Shown piece after piece: positions 10,695-20,439 of a stretch of 64,000 nt of DNA. The translations under genes and the position numbers were made by a program. How positions within the stretch are numbered: the first letter of the stretch is position 1; each line of letters starts with the position of its first letter. This DNA is from an uncultured cyanobacterium (lineage in GTDB: Bacteria; Cyanobacteriota; Cyanobacteriia; Phormidesmidales; Phormidesmidaceae), in NCBI GenBank assembly GCA_963793265.1, contig CAWBZI010000005.1:96001-160000 (forward strand), given 5' to 3'. The notes beneath the pieces are model-generated. The model had not been told where the DNA came from and ran no database searches. It saw nothing but the letters and a program-made list of their open reading frames with translations.

Positions 10695-10778
10695 TCAGTG
10701 ATAATCCTCATAGTCTAAAACGTATATATCACCCTCTCTAAATTCAAAAGTTAGCCTCCAGTTGCCGCTGATCTTGAT
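10695..10778 (-). pseudogene. higB: 3' remnant of a HigB (plasmid-maintenance killer) toxin
   Basis: Manual translation IKISGNWRLTFEFREGDIYVLDYEDYH*; stop abuts the higA ATG; no N-terminal part present. Confidence 0.85.
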
Positions 10779-11079
10779 TGGCGATCGCAGTATCGATCTC
10801 CTCTGAATAATCACGATAGTAGGCCCAAGCCGCATCTAAATCGGATTGGGTAAGGCCAGGGTAGTTGCGCAAAAGCTCATCGCTATCTGCACCTTGCTGA
10901 CGGAACGAAACTAATGTCCAAACAGGGATGCGCGTATTACGAATTCGAGCATCTCCCCCACATACCCCCGGTGTTTTCTGTATGGGCTTATCTTGAAGCT
11001 CACTCAGCAGAAGCGTACTTTCTTCCTCACTAAGAGATTCAATGACCTGTACAAGAGAATCAACCAACTGAGTGTTCAT
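10744..11079 (-). CDS. DUF433 domain protein (orphan antitoxin)
   Basis: IQKTPGVCGGDARIRNTRIPVW..ELLRNYPGLTQSDLDAAWAY. Confidence 0.9.
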   Translation of the reverse strand: MNTQLVDSLVQVIESLSEEESTLLLSELQDKPIQKTPGVCGGDARIRNTRIPVWTLVSFRQQGADSDELLRNYPGLTQSDLDAAWAYYRDYSEEIDTAIANQDQRQLEANF

Positions 11080-11182
11080 GAATGTTACGAGATTGGCTAA
11101 TGATTCGCCTCTACATACTGATTATTATAGGGTTTGCTTTCCCTTAAAGTTAGGTGTCGCGCATAGAAATGTGCTACCGAAG

Positions 11183-12145
11183 CTAAGCCGTTTTTTCGAG
11201 CTGCGATCGCCATTCTTTTACGACTGTTTCTAGTTGAGCAGGTAGCCAGGCATCGTACCTTTCATAAACAGGAAGTCGCCGTTGCAATACCCCTGACTCG
11301 GTTTGTAAGATTTCAGTCATATCTTTTTCGGAGCGGTGGACGTAATTAGGATTTACTTCGTCAATAGGGCCGATGCCGCCAAGGTCACGAGCACCTGCGG
11401 CAATACAGTTTATAAGGGCATTGTCTGAGCGGATGAGATTGGGTGGAATTTGGATGGTGATATCGGCAGGGAGAATTTTGTGGGCGAGTTGAACAGCTTG
11501 AAGTAGCGTTTCACCGTGGCAGGGCGATCGCACCTCCATTTGAGTCTCACCCGGCTGATGCGGCTGCAAAATCACTTCTTGAATATGCTGATATTGAGCG
11601 TGAGACTGGGCGATCGCCGCCAAACTATCCACCCAATCATCAACAGTCTCCCCCAATCCCAACAGCATCCCCGTCGTAAACGGAACCTTCAGCTTCCCGG
11701 CAAACTCAAGCTGCTGCAATCGCACTTCAGGCAGCTTGCTGGGCGCACGGACATGAACCGTCTTCAATAGCTCCGGCGTCACCTGCTCTACCATCAACCC
11801 CATCGACACATTCACCTGCTTGAGCTGAGCCATTTCCTCATAGCTCAGCGGCCCCACATTCGTATGCGGCAAAAACCCCTTTTCTAGCGCCAGTTCGCAG
11901 AGCTGATAAATCCGCTGAAACCAGGCTGAGCGCCTTGCACTCCGCGGATGCACTTCGCCGCTGAGAATCAAAATTTCAATAACTTCATCGCGCGGTAGGC
12001 CGTCTAGAATTTTACTAGCAGCGGCCAGGCTCATCCACTCATCTTTACCAGGATCGCGGCGAAAGTTGCAGTAGGTACAGCGGTTAAAGCATTCGTAGGT
12101 CGGCACGAGGGTGTAGGCCGGAGAGTAGGTGACGGTGCGATTCAT
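11183..12145 (-). CDS. cofG: FO synthase subunit CofG (radical SAM)
   Basis: VTYSPAYTLVPTYECFNRCTYCNF (CxxxCxxC), LPHTN, QEVILQP, IQIPPNL, DEVNP; ATG at 12145. Confidence 0.9.
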   Translation of the reverse strand: MNRTVTYSPAYTLVPTYECFNRCTYCNFRRDPGKDEWMSLAAASKILDGLPRDEVIEILILSGEVHPRSARRSAWFQRIYQLCELALEKGFLPHTNVGPLSYEEMAQLKQVNVSMGLMVEQVTPELLKTVHVRAPSKLPEVRLQQLEFAGKLKVPFTTGMLLGLGETVDDWVDSLAAIAQSHAQYQHIQEVILQPHQPGETQMEVRSPCHGETLLQAVQLAHKILPADITIQIPPNLIRSDNALINCIAAGARDLGGIGPIDEVNPNYVHRSEKDMTEILQTESGVLQRRLPVYERYDAWLPAQLETVVKEWRSQLEKTA

Positions 12146-12252
12146 ATCTATTATTGTAGTATCGTTATCAACCGGCTCAACTAGGGCAGAATAGTAGTGG
12201 TAAGATAGCTCTGGCTTCTCTTTTGTTAACACTCCATGGCAGGGCAAATCTG

Positions 12253-13615
12253 TTGAAAACCACCGTTATTATTGTCCGTCACGGTCAGAGCACTTCTAAT
12301 ATTAGCCGCATTATCTCCGGGCATCACGACAATGCGACGCTCACTGAGCAGGTCAGCAGCAGGCGCACAGAGTTGGCGAAACGCTAGAGGGCCTGGCCTT
12401 AGATGCGGTGTATGCAAGTCCCACTGACAAGGGCTCAGCAGACCTGTCGAGATTATCGTTGAGACGATGAGCGCCAAAGGGGCTACTTTGCCTGAGATTC
12501 AAAGCACCGAAGAGATTAAAGAAATCAATCTGCCGCTGTGGGAGTCTAAATCCTTTGCAGACGTTGAAGCAGACTATCCGATTGAGTACACGGCCTGGCG
12601 GCAAGATCCGAACGCCTTCAAAATGGCGGTTCCTAATGCTGACGGGACCACCACTGACTTTTACCCGGTGCGCGAAATTTGGGAGCGGGCTGCTAAGTTT
12701 TGGCCTCGCCTGCTTAAAAAACACGCTGGGCAAACGGTTTTACTTGTTGCTCATAGCGCTATCAATCGCGCCCTTGTCGGCACAGCGATTGGTCTTGGCC
12801 CCGACAAGCTCAACAGCATGGGCCAGCAGAACTGTGCGATTAATGTGCTCAACTTTTTGGGCGAATTTGAAGGCGGTGCGCAGCTAGAGTCTTTGAACCT
12901 AACGAGTCATTTGGGCGATCCGATTCCGCCCCGTCGCAGCCGGTTTAAGGGGCCGCGTTTGCTGCTAGTGCGTCATGGCGAAACAAACTGGAACCGCGAT
13001 GGGCGCTTTCAAGGACAGATTGATATTCCGCTCAATGAGAATGGGCACAAGCAGGCGGCACAGGCAGGTGAGTTTTTGAAAGCGGTAGAGATTGACGAGG
13101 CAGTGACTTCATCTATGCTGCGGCCTAAAGAAACCGCAGAAGGCATTTTGAAGCATCATGCCGACGTGGCGCTGAAGACTACGGAGGATTTGTGGGAGAT
13201 TAGCCATGGGGAATGGGAAGGCAAGCTAGAGTCGGAGATTGAGGCGGGCTATCCGGGCCTTTTGGCTGAGTGGCAGAGCAAGCCGGAAGCTGTGCAGATG
13301 CCGGGCGGCGAGAATTTGGATGATGTGTATGGCAGAGCGAAGAAGGGGTGGGGGGATATTGTGGCGGCCTATAGCGGCTCGGATACGCCTAAGACCGTGC
13401 TGGTAGTGGCTCATGACGCGATTAACAAGGCGATTTTGTGTCAGGTGTTGGGGCTAGGGCCGGAGAAGTTCTGGCAGTTTAAGCAGGGCAACGGCGCGGT
13501 GAGCGTGATTGACTATATGGGCGGGCCAGATAGTGCGGCGATGCTGAGCGCGGCGAATATTACGACGCACTTATCGGGCAGCATTTTTGATAAAACGGCT
13601 GCTGGGGCGCTGTAG
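12253..13615 (+). CDS. Tandem-domain histidine phosphatase (phosphoglycerate mutase family); 5' part frameshifted in this sequence
   Basis: Second domain LLVRHGETNWN..VVAHD is intact; first-domain VIIVRHGQS reads from TTG 12253 but needs indels near 12351, 12421 and 12448 to join ORF 12467..13615. Confidence 0.85.
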
Positions 13616-13621
13616 GCTCAT

Positions 13622-15014
13622 ATGTCAGGATCTATGGCAGACTCTACGGCAACCCCTGCGGCCAGTTTGATTAAACAGGTCTATGTGATTGACTTGGCAT
13701 CGGCTGAAGATGCTTACGCTTTGGGCCGTGAGCATATTGGTGATGTACTGATTGAAGATGGGCGGATTGCAGCGATCGCCCCTCACCTCACCGATCTACC
13801 TGAAGGCACTGAAGTCATAGACGGGCGCGGTCAATTCTTGGGGCCAGGACTGGTTGATCTGTATAGCCAAAGTGGAGAGCCCGGTCATGAAGCGCGCGAG
13901 ACGTATGAGTCTTTGAGAAGCGCGGCAGCAGCAGGTGGATTTACACGGGTAGGGCTGCTGCCGAACACGCAGCCTGCTGTAGATAATGTGAGCGCGATCG
14001 CCGCCATCCAACAGCGCAACCAACAGCGCAACGCCGCCAGTCAAACCCAGCTCTTACCTTGGGCTACCATTACCCTCAACGGAGAAGGCGAGCAGCTTAC
14101 CGAACTAGCCGAGCTAGCCGTAGCCGGGGCAATTGGTTTTACAGACAGTGAGCCGCTGGCCAATCTGGTCTTACTGAGGCGGTTGCTGGAATATGCTCAG
14201 CCGCTGCAAAAGCCGATTGCGCTATGGCCTTACGATCACCAGCTAGCAGGCAAAGGCGTGGCCAGAGAAGGGGTAGATTCTTTGCGTTTGGGGCTTGAGG
14301 GGGTGAGTGCGATCGCTGAAACCACAGCCCTTTCTACCATCCTAGAATGCGTAGCCGAATTTCCGGCGCTCGTGCACATTATGCGCGTCTCCACCGCTCG
14401 CAGCGTAGACCTTTTGCGTCAGGCTAAAGCCCAAGAACTTCCAGTTAGCGCCAGCGTGCCTTGGCACCATCTCATTTTTGATACGTGCGATCTCGATCGG
14501 TACGACCCGCAGCTAAGGCACGATCCGCCTCTAGGAAAACCCGCCGATCGGCAGGCGCTGATTGAGGGAGTTGCCGATGGAACGATTGATGCGATCGCTA
14601 TCGATCACAGCCCCTACACATACGAAGAAAAAACCGTTGCCTTCGACAAAGCCCCACCCGGCGCGATTGGCTTAGAACTTGCCTTACCCGTACTGTGGCA
14701 AACCTTCGTGGCCGACTATCACCAAGCTTCTGATCAATCCAAGGCTTCGGAGACAGTCTTCGGAACAGTCTCTGGGACACTGGAGCCCTGAACAGCTATG
14801 GCAAACCCTCAGCCACAACCCAGCCCAATGCTTAGGACTCACGCCTGCTCGTCTAAAAGTTGGAGAACCGGCTGAACTAACCCTGTTTGACCCTCGCATT
14901 GGCTGGCAGGTGAAGCCTGAAAATCTTCATTCACTCGCCATCAATACGCCCTGGCAAAACCAGCCACTCAAAGGAAGAGTCATCGCAACTTGGACGAATT
15001 ATCACAAGCGCTAG
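13622..15014 (+). CDS. Dihydroorotase-like protein (PyrC'-type, metal-binding HxH absent); apparent +1 frameshift near 14752
   Basis: PGLVDLYSQSGEPG, AAAGGFT..LPNT.P, IDAIAIDHSP; the C-terminus (NPAQCLG..AELTLFDP..NTPW..LKGRV) continues in ORF 14679..15014. Confidence 0.85.
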
Positions 15015-15580
15015 TAGTCCAGTCCACCCACTCGACTAGGGGGCCAAAAGCGCACTGCGGCCTTACCGATAATGCTCTCGCCCGGCAAAAAGCCCCATAC
15101 GTGACTATCCAAGCTGCCGTTGCGATTATCACCAAGCACTAAATATTGATCTTCAGGCACCACTTCAGGCCCCCAAGTGTAGTCAGGCGGTGCTTTGGTA
15201 TAGCCTTCTCGAATGGCCCTATCGTTAATAATCACCTTGCCGTCTTTGATCTCTACCGTCTCTCCGGGTAGGCCAATCACGCGCTTGAGATAGGCATCAT
15301 TCGTTGCTGCCCCCGAAATCACCAGCGCCTCTTCGGGAGCCTGAAACACAATAATGTCACCCCGCTGAGGTGACTGGAATAAATAGCTTATCTTTTCAAT
15401 CACTAGCCGGTCATTAATCTGTACCGTAGGCTCCATCGAGCCAGTGGGCACCACCCGAGCTTCAGCCACAAACTGCCGCATTCCTAGCGCGAGCACAATG
15501 CTCAGGCCCATCGTCTGTAAAACCTCAACCGCAAAACTAGGCTGCTTTTCCGTCTGCTTTCCTGTCTGCTTCTTGGGCAT
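15011..15580 (-). CDS. lepB: Signal peptidase I
   Basis: VPTGSMEPT, YLKRVIGLPG, LGDNRNGSLDSHVWG. Confidence 0.95.
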   Translation of the reverse strand: MPKKQTGKQTEKQPSFAVEVLQTMGLSIVLALGMRQFVAEARVVPTGSMEPTVQINDRLVIEKISYLFQSPQRGDIIVFQAPEEALVISGAATNDAYLKRVIGLPGETVEIKDGKVIINDRAIREGYTKAPPDYTWGPEVVPEDQYLVLGDNRNGSLDSHVWGFLPGESIIGKAAVRFWPPSRVGGLDY

Positions 15581-15698
15581 GGCAATTCTAAGCTTAACTG
15601 CATGGGCCTAGCCTATCGTTACGATAGCCTTAGCGTACAGCGCACTTGTGACAATCTCTCCTAATCGCTAAAAGCGGCTTTTAAGCGCTAGCTTGTGA

Positions 15699-16250
15699 TT
15701 AATCTAAGCCACCGATTCTAGTCGGGGGCCAAAAGCGCACGACCGCGCGGCCAATAATGCTTTCTTCTGGCAAAAAGCCCCATACGTGACCGTCAGAGCT
15801 GCTATTGCGATTGTCCCCAAGTACTAAGTACTGACCTTCAGGCACCACTTCTGGGCCCCACTGGTAATCAGGAGGAGCCTGAATATAGTTCTCTTGAAGC
15901 ACTTTATCGTCAATAAATACTTTGCCGTCTTTGACCTGAACCTTTTCACCCGGCAGACCAATTACCCGCTTAATATAGGCATCGTGGCTGGTTGAGCCCA
16001 CAGCGTCTAAGGCTCTTTGGGGTGCTTGAAAAACGATGATGTCGCTGCGCTTGGGCGGATTGAAGCGATAGCTGATTTTCTCGACGACGAGGCGATCGTC
16101 GATCTGCAGCGTGGGCTCCATAGAGCCGGAGGGAATAAACCTAGCTTCAGCGACAAACTGGCGGATACCAAGTGCTAATACGATGCTGAGGCCAATGGTT
16201 TGTAGCCCTTCGATCCACGGATTTTGTTGCTTGTCAGACACGGCTTTCAA
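15699..16250 (-). CDS. lepB: Signal peptidase I (tandem paralogue)
   Basis: IPSGSMEPT, YIKRVIGLPG, LGDNRNSSSDGHVWG. Confidence 0.95.
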   Translation of the reverse strand: MKAVSDKQQNPWIEGLQTIGLSIVLALGIRQFVAEARFIPSGSMEPTLQIDDRLVVEKISYRFNPPKRSDIIVFQAPQRALDAVGSTSHDAYIKRVIGLPGEKVQVKDGKVFIDDKVLQENYIQAPPDYQWGPEVVPEGQYLVLGDNRNSSSDGHVWGFLPEESIIGRAVVRFWPPTRIGGLD

Positions 16251-16382
16251 AGGTTCCCGAAGGAGGTCAAGAGGGATGGGTGAGCGGTCAAAGAATGTAA
16301 ACCAGACGGTGGCGTGTAGCTTAGCGCGTACTAAGATTACGATGTCTTTGGTAGCTTAATGGCTAATGGGCTCAATCATAAT

Positions 16383-17714
16383 ATGACAGATTCTTCGCAA
16401 ACCGTTCCGCCAGTGATTATTCAAGGGGCCGAGGTGCTGCTGCCCAGCGGGGAGATTGCGGCCAGAGAAGTGGCGATCGCAGACGGTAAAATCACAGCCG
16501 TCGGTACGGGTCTAGAGGTGACAGCAGGCACTCGTACTATCGACGGCGCAGGGTTGACCTTGCTGCCGGGGGTGATCGATCCGCAGGTTCATTTTCGCGA
16601 TCCGGGGCTAGAGCATAAGGAGGATTTGTTCACAGCAAGCCGCGCCTGTGCCAGAGGCGGGGTGACCTCTTTTTTAGAGATGCCCAATACGCTGCCGCTC
16701 ACAACAACTCAAGCTATTTTGACAGATAAGTTAGCCATTGCGGCCTCTAAAAGCCTAGTGAACTACGGCTTTTTTATTGGTGCAACTGCCGAGAACCTGG
16801 ATGACTTACGAACGGCAAATCCCACCTGTGGCATCAAGATTTTCATGGGTTCTGCTCACGGCCCTTTATCAGTCGATACGCCAGAGACAATTGAGCCGAT
16901 TTTTGCAGTGGGCGATCGCCTCATCGCCGTCCATGCCGAAGATCAGGCGCGCATTATGGAGCGCCGTAAGCTATTTGCAGGTGAAACTGATCCGGCCACG
17001 CACACCAAAGTGCAAGACAATGAAACCGCTTTGAACGCAACCAAGCTGGCGCTCAGCTTTTCTAAAAAGTACAAAAGGCGGCTGCATATTTTGCATATGT
17101 CTACCGGCGACGAGGCAGAGCTGCTCAGACGCGATAAGCCGAGCTGGGTAACGGCTGAAGTGACCCCGCAGCATTTGCTATTAGACGTGAGCGCCTATGA
17201 GAAGATTGGCACTTTGGCGCAAATGAACCCGCCGCTGAAGTATCCGCGCGATCGCGAAATTCTCTGGCAGGCATTGCTAGACGGCACCATCGACTTTATC
17301 GCTACCGATCATGCCCCGCACACCCTCGAAGAAAAAGCCAAAGGCTATCCAAACGCCCCGTCAGGAATGCCCGGTGTAGAAACATCTTTGCCGCTGATGC
17401 TGACGCAGGCCAAGGAAAACCGCTGCACGGTCGCTCAGGTTTCTAACTGGATGTCTACAGCGGTGGCGAAGGCATACAACATTCCGAATAAAGGCGTCAT
17501 TGCCCCTGGCTACGATGCCGATGTTGTTTTAGTCGATCTATCGACCTATCGCCCGGTACTGCGCGAGGAGCTGCAAACAAAGTGCGGCTGGAGCCCGTTT
17601 GAAGGGTGGCGGCTGACGGGTTGGCCGGTAGTTACGTTAGTCGGCGGGCAGGTCGTGTACAATCGCGGCGAAATTGACACAGAGGTGCGCGGGCAGGCGC
17701 TACGGTTCGGTTGA
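16383..17714 (+). CDS. pyrC: Dihydroorotase/amidohydrolase with near-complete metal ligands
   Basis: PGVIDPQVHFR, EMPNT, KIFMG, VHAED, HILH, NPPL, ATDHAPH; start 16359 or 16383. Confidence 0.85.
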   Translation: MTDSSQTVPPVIIQGAEVLLPSGEIAAREVAIADGKITAVGTGLEVTAGTRTIDGAGLTLLPGVIDPQVHFRDPGLEHKEDLFTASRACARGGVTSFLEMPNTLPLTTTQAILTDKLAIAASKSLVNYGFFIGATAENLDDLRTANPTCGIKIFMGSAHGPLSVDTPETIEPIFAVGDRLIAVHAEDQARIMERRKLFAGETDPATHTKVQDNETALNATKLALSFSKKYKRRLHILHMSTGDEAELLRRDKPSWVTAEVTPQHLLLDVSAYEKIGTLAQMNPPLKYPRDREILWQALLDGTIDFIATDHAPHTLEEKAKGYPNAPSGMPGVETSLPLMLTQAKENRCTVAQVSNWMSTAVAKAYNIPNKGVIAPGYDADVVLVDLSTYRPVLREELQTKCGWSPFEGWRLTGWPVVTLVGGQVVYNRGEIDTEVRGQALRFG

Positions 17715-17728
17715 TCCGCGTGGCAGGG

Positions 17729-19576
17729 CTAAAACGGCGTGTATCGGATAGAAAAGTAGATGCCGCTGTCTTGTAGGCTATCGCTGCTGGTGTCGATATC
17801 GACCAGCGGAATGCCCCAGTCGAGACGCGCGGTCAAGTCGTCGCCCTGCTGCCAGAGTAAGCCAAAGCCAGTGCCGACTAATACGTTGTTGCCGCCAGGC
17901 GTGTTGCTATGATTCCAGGCTGCACCAGCATCTAAAAAGGGCGTGATTTGAACAATGCTTTCTTCAGAGAAGCGGATGATTGGAAAGCGAGCTTCGGCAG
18001 AGAGCAATGCACCATTATCTCGCAGTAGCGCGTCTTGACGGTAGCCGCGTACGGTTTGCTGACCGCCTAAGCCGAACTGTTCTGATGACACCAAACTATC
18101 TGCTGCGAGCTGCACATCACTGCGGAGGAAGAAGAGGGAATCGTCGCCAAGCAGTCTGACCCACTGGCCTTGACCGCGCCAGGAGAAAAACTGAGAGTCG
18201 GGAGCTTCATCGTCGTTATTCGGATTGAGTAGCGTACTACCTTCGGCGGTGGTGGCGTTAAGAATATCAAGGCCGACGTTGAACTGCGAGCGGGCGGCGA
18301 GTACCTGCTGCTGCGATCGCTGTGTCCAAGCCTGCGAAAACCTGAGCGCACTCACCCGAGTTTCACCGTCAAGATCTGCGCCCGGCGAGAGCGGCGTTGG
18401 CCCAATATCATCAATGCCCAAGCTCGTCTGGTTCTCTTTATGCGAGAGCGCTAGGCCCAAAGTTAGCTCTTGTGTGGGCGTTTCAATCAGCGGATGCGTG
18501 ACGCCTACCTCGTAGTAAAAAGCATCAGAGCTGATATCGAGCACGTCGAACGTATCGTCAATAACGCGGCTCTCGGAGATACCGCCGCTGAGGTTGACAC
18601 GGGTGTTGTACGGGCTCACGGGCACTGAATAGCTCAGGTCTAGGCTGTTGCTGCCATCAGTATTGGAGTAGCCCACGAAGGCGCGATCGCCAATGCCAAA
18701 CAGGTTGCCTTCGGTGACATCAATCCGGCGACGTACGCTGCCAATGTTGGGCGATCGCCCATTATCAAGACCCACCGTCACCGCAAAAGAATCTGCCTCA
18801 GTCACCTCCACGCGCAAAATGCTAGTACCGGGCCTTACCCCCGCCTGCAAATCCGCAGAGACAGTTTCAATCAGCGGATCAATTTGCAATCGCTGCAAGC
18901 CTTCTAATAATTTATCAGCATTGATGGGTGGCCTAGCTGCCAGCCCTAACCGGCTGCGAATATAGCCGGGCCTCAGCCGATTGGTGCCGACAATCTCAAT
19001 TTCCTCAATCACGCCCTCAATCACCTGCACGGTGACCATGCCGTTTTCGAGCGTTTGCGGCGGAATGAACGCGCCCGATGTTAAAAAGCCTTCATCAACA
19101 TAGCGCTGAGTAACTGCCGAACGGAGCGCTAGCAGCTCGTTGAAAGTCACGGGTCTGTTGGTGTACTCAGCAAATAGCTCGGCAAAGTCTTCAGTTGTAA
19201 AAACCGTGCTTCCGGCAAGCTGAATACCGTTAACGACAAACGTTTCATCGCCGTTACCCATCGCACCATCTGGCGTATTGGAACCTGCTGGATCGTTGAG
19301 CAAGTCGTCAACGGGTGGCAGCTTGGGCAGCGGCTGGGAAGGCAGCGGGCGATCTGTCGGGAATTCAGGGGTGACATCAGCGGGCGGGAGCGGTTCAGCA
19401 GGGATTTGATCGCTCGGTACGGAAGGCGGTAGCGTGACTTGAGCAATCGTGGCTGGATCTGGCAAGGGCTCAGCTAATGGCTCGGCGTGAGCCGCCCCAT
19501 CAGGACGCAAAGTGGGAGAAAACCACACCGTAGCGCAACAGCTCAATAGAAGCAGGGAAGAGTGACGAAACGGCAT
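17729..19576 (-). CDS. ShlB/FhaC/HecB (TpsB/Omp85-like) secretion protein
   Basis: Signal peptide, POTRA-like YVDEGFLTSGAFIPPQ..VIEG, GGQQTVRGY motif, C-terminal aromatic beta strand. Confidence 0.9.
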   Translation of the reverse strand: MPFRHSSLLLLSCCATVWFSPTLRPDGAAHAEPLAEPLPDPATIAQVTLPPSVPSDQIPAEPLPPADVTPEFPTDRPLPSQPLPKLPPVDDLLNDPAGSNTPDGAMGNGDETFVVNGIQLAGSTVFTTEDFAELFAEYTNRPVTFNELLALRSAVTQRYVDEGFLTSGAFIPPQTLENGMVTVQVIEGVIEEIEIVGTNRLRPGYIRSRLGLAARPPINADKLLEGLQRLQIDPLIETVSADLQAGVRPGTSILRVEVTEADSFAVTVGLDNGRSPNIGSVRRRIDVTEGNLFGIGDRAFVGYSNTDGSNSLDLSYSVPVSPYNTRVNLSGGISESRVIDDTFDVLDISSDAFYYEVGVTHPLIETPTQELTLGLALSHKENQTSLGIDDIGPTPLSPGADLDGETRVSALRFSQAWTQRSQQQVLAARSQFNVGLDILNATTAEGSTLLNPNNDDEAPDSQFFSWRGQGQWVRLLGDDSLFFLRSDVQLAADSLVSSEQFGLGGQQTVRGYRQDALLRDNGALLSAEARFPIIRFSEESIVQITPFLDAGAAWNHSNTPGGNNVLVGTGFGLLWQQGDDLTARLDWGIPLVDIDTSSDSLQDSGIYFSIRYTPF

Positions 19577-19765
19577 GGCAGCGGCAGCGAGAAGGAGCTT
19601 TGCCCTGTAATATTCCCGAATCATCAACTTTCGTCCACACAAATAGCATCAGGCACTCCCTGCTGATACTACCTTCTATATCAGTAATTACACTAATAAA
19701 GTTTGATGTATTAATTATGGCAAAGTTATGGAAACAAACCTGCCTGATCTGCCCTCACCTGGCCC

Positions 19766-20413
19766 TTACCTAGCGATCAAAACAGCCCGCATACCGACTG
19801 CCTGAGCGCCTGCGTAGTCTTCTGACTCACTATCGCCCACGTGCCATGCCTCGCTAGCGGCGCAGTCATGCTTAGCTAAGGCTGCCTCAAATATTTTAGC
19901 TGCAGGCTTAGCTGCCCCAACTTCGGTAGAGATAGTGACCGACTGAAAGTAAGACGCTAGACCTAACACGCTCAGCACACGATACAGCCGAGAATCAAAG
20001 TTAGAAATCACGCCAAGCTGAATGCCCATCGACTGCCACCGCTTCAGCGAAGAGAGCGTATCGTCGTATACCCTCCATGGCGCAGCCGTTTCAAAATAGC
20101 CGTACAGCCCAGCGTAAAACGTATCAAAGTCGTCAAACTTTTCAAGCGCCCCTACCCGCTCAAAGGTTTCAGCAACCACGCTTTTCCACCAGCGAAACTC
20201 CAGATCAGGAATCGCCTCCGGGCTTACACCTGGACAGGCTAGCCTTTCAGCCGCCGCAAAGCTTTGATAGAACGCTCGATTAACGGCATGGGGATCGGTG
20301 TTCACCGCTGCCGTACGAGCCAAATTGCTATACAGTTCACCAACGCTGCCCTTAACGCCAAACAGCGTACCAAAGGCATCGAGATAGATCACTTTGGGTA
20401 GGGAAGGATTCAT
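19766..20413 (-). CDS. HAD-IA family hydrolase
   Basis: IYLDAFGTL, VISNFD, KP..IF, HVGDS..D..GA..GM. Confidence 0.9.
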   Translation of the reverse strand: MNPSLPKVIYLDAFGTLFGVKGSVGELYSNLARTAAVNTDPHAVNRAFYQSFAAAERLACPGVSPEAIPDLEFRWWKSVVAETFERVGALEKFDDFDTFYAGLYGYFETAAPWRVYDDTLSSLKRWQSMGIQLGVISNFDSRLYRVLSVLGLASYFQSVTISTEVGAAKPAAKIFEAALAKHDCAASEAWHVGDSESEDYAGAQAVGMRAVLIAR

Positions 20414-20439
20414 TTTGTAGAAAGTCACCCGGCATTATT

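Noticed and set aside
11183..12145. cofG without an adjacent cofH
   Set aside because: The two genes are commonly unlinked in cyanobacteria
14740..14790. Programmed frameshifting in the PyrC'-like gene
   Set aside because: No slippery heptamer; similar isolated +1 insertions elsewhere favour sequence error
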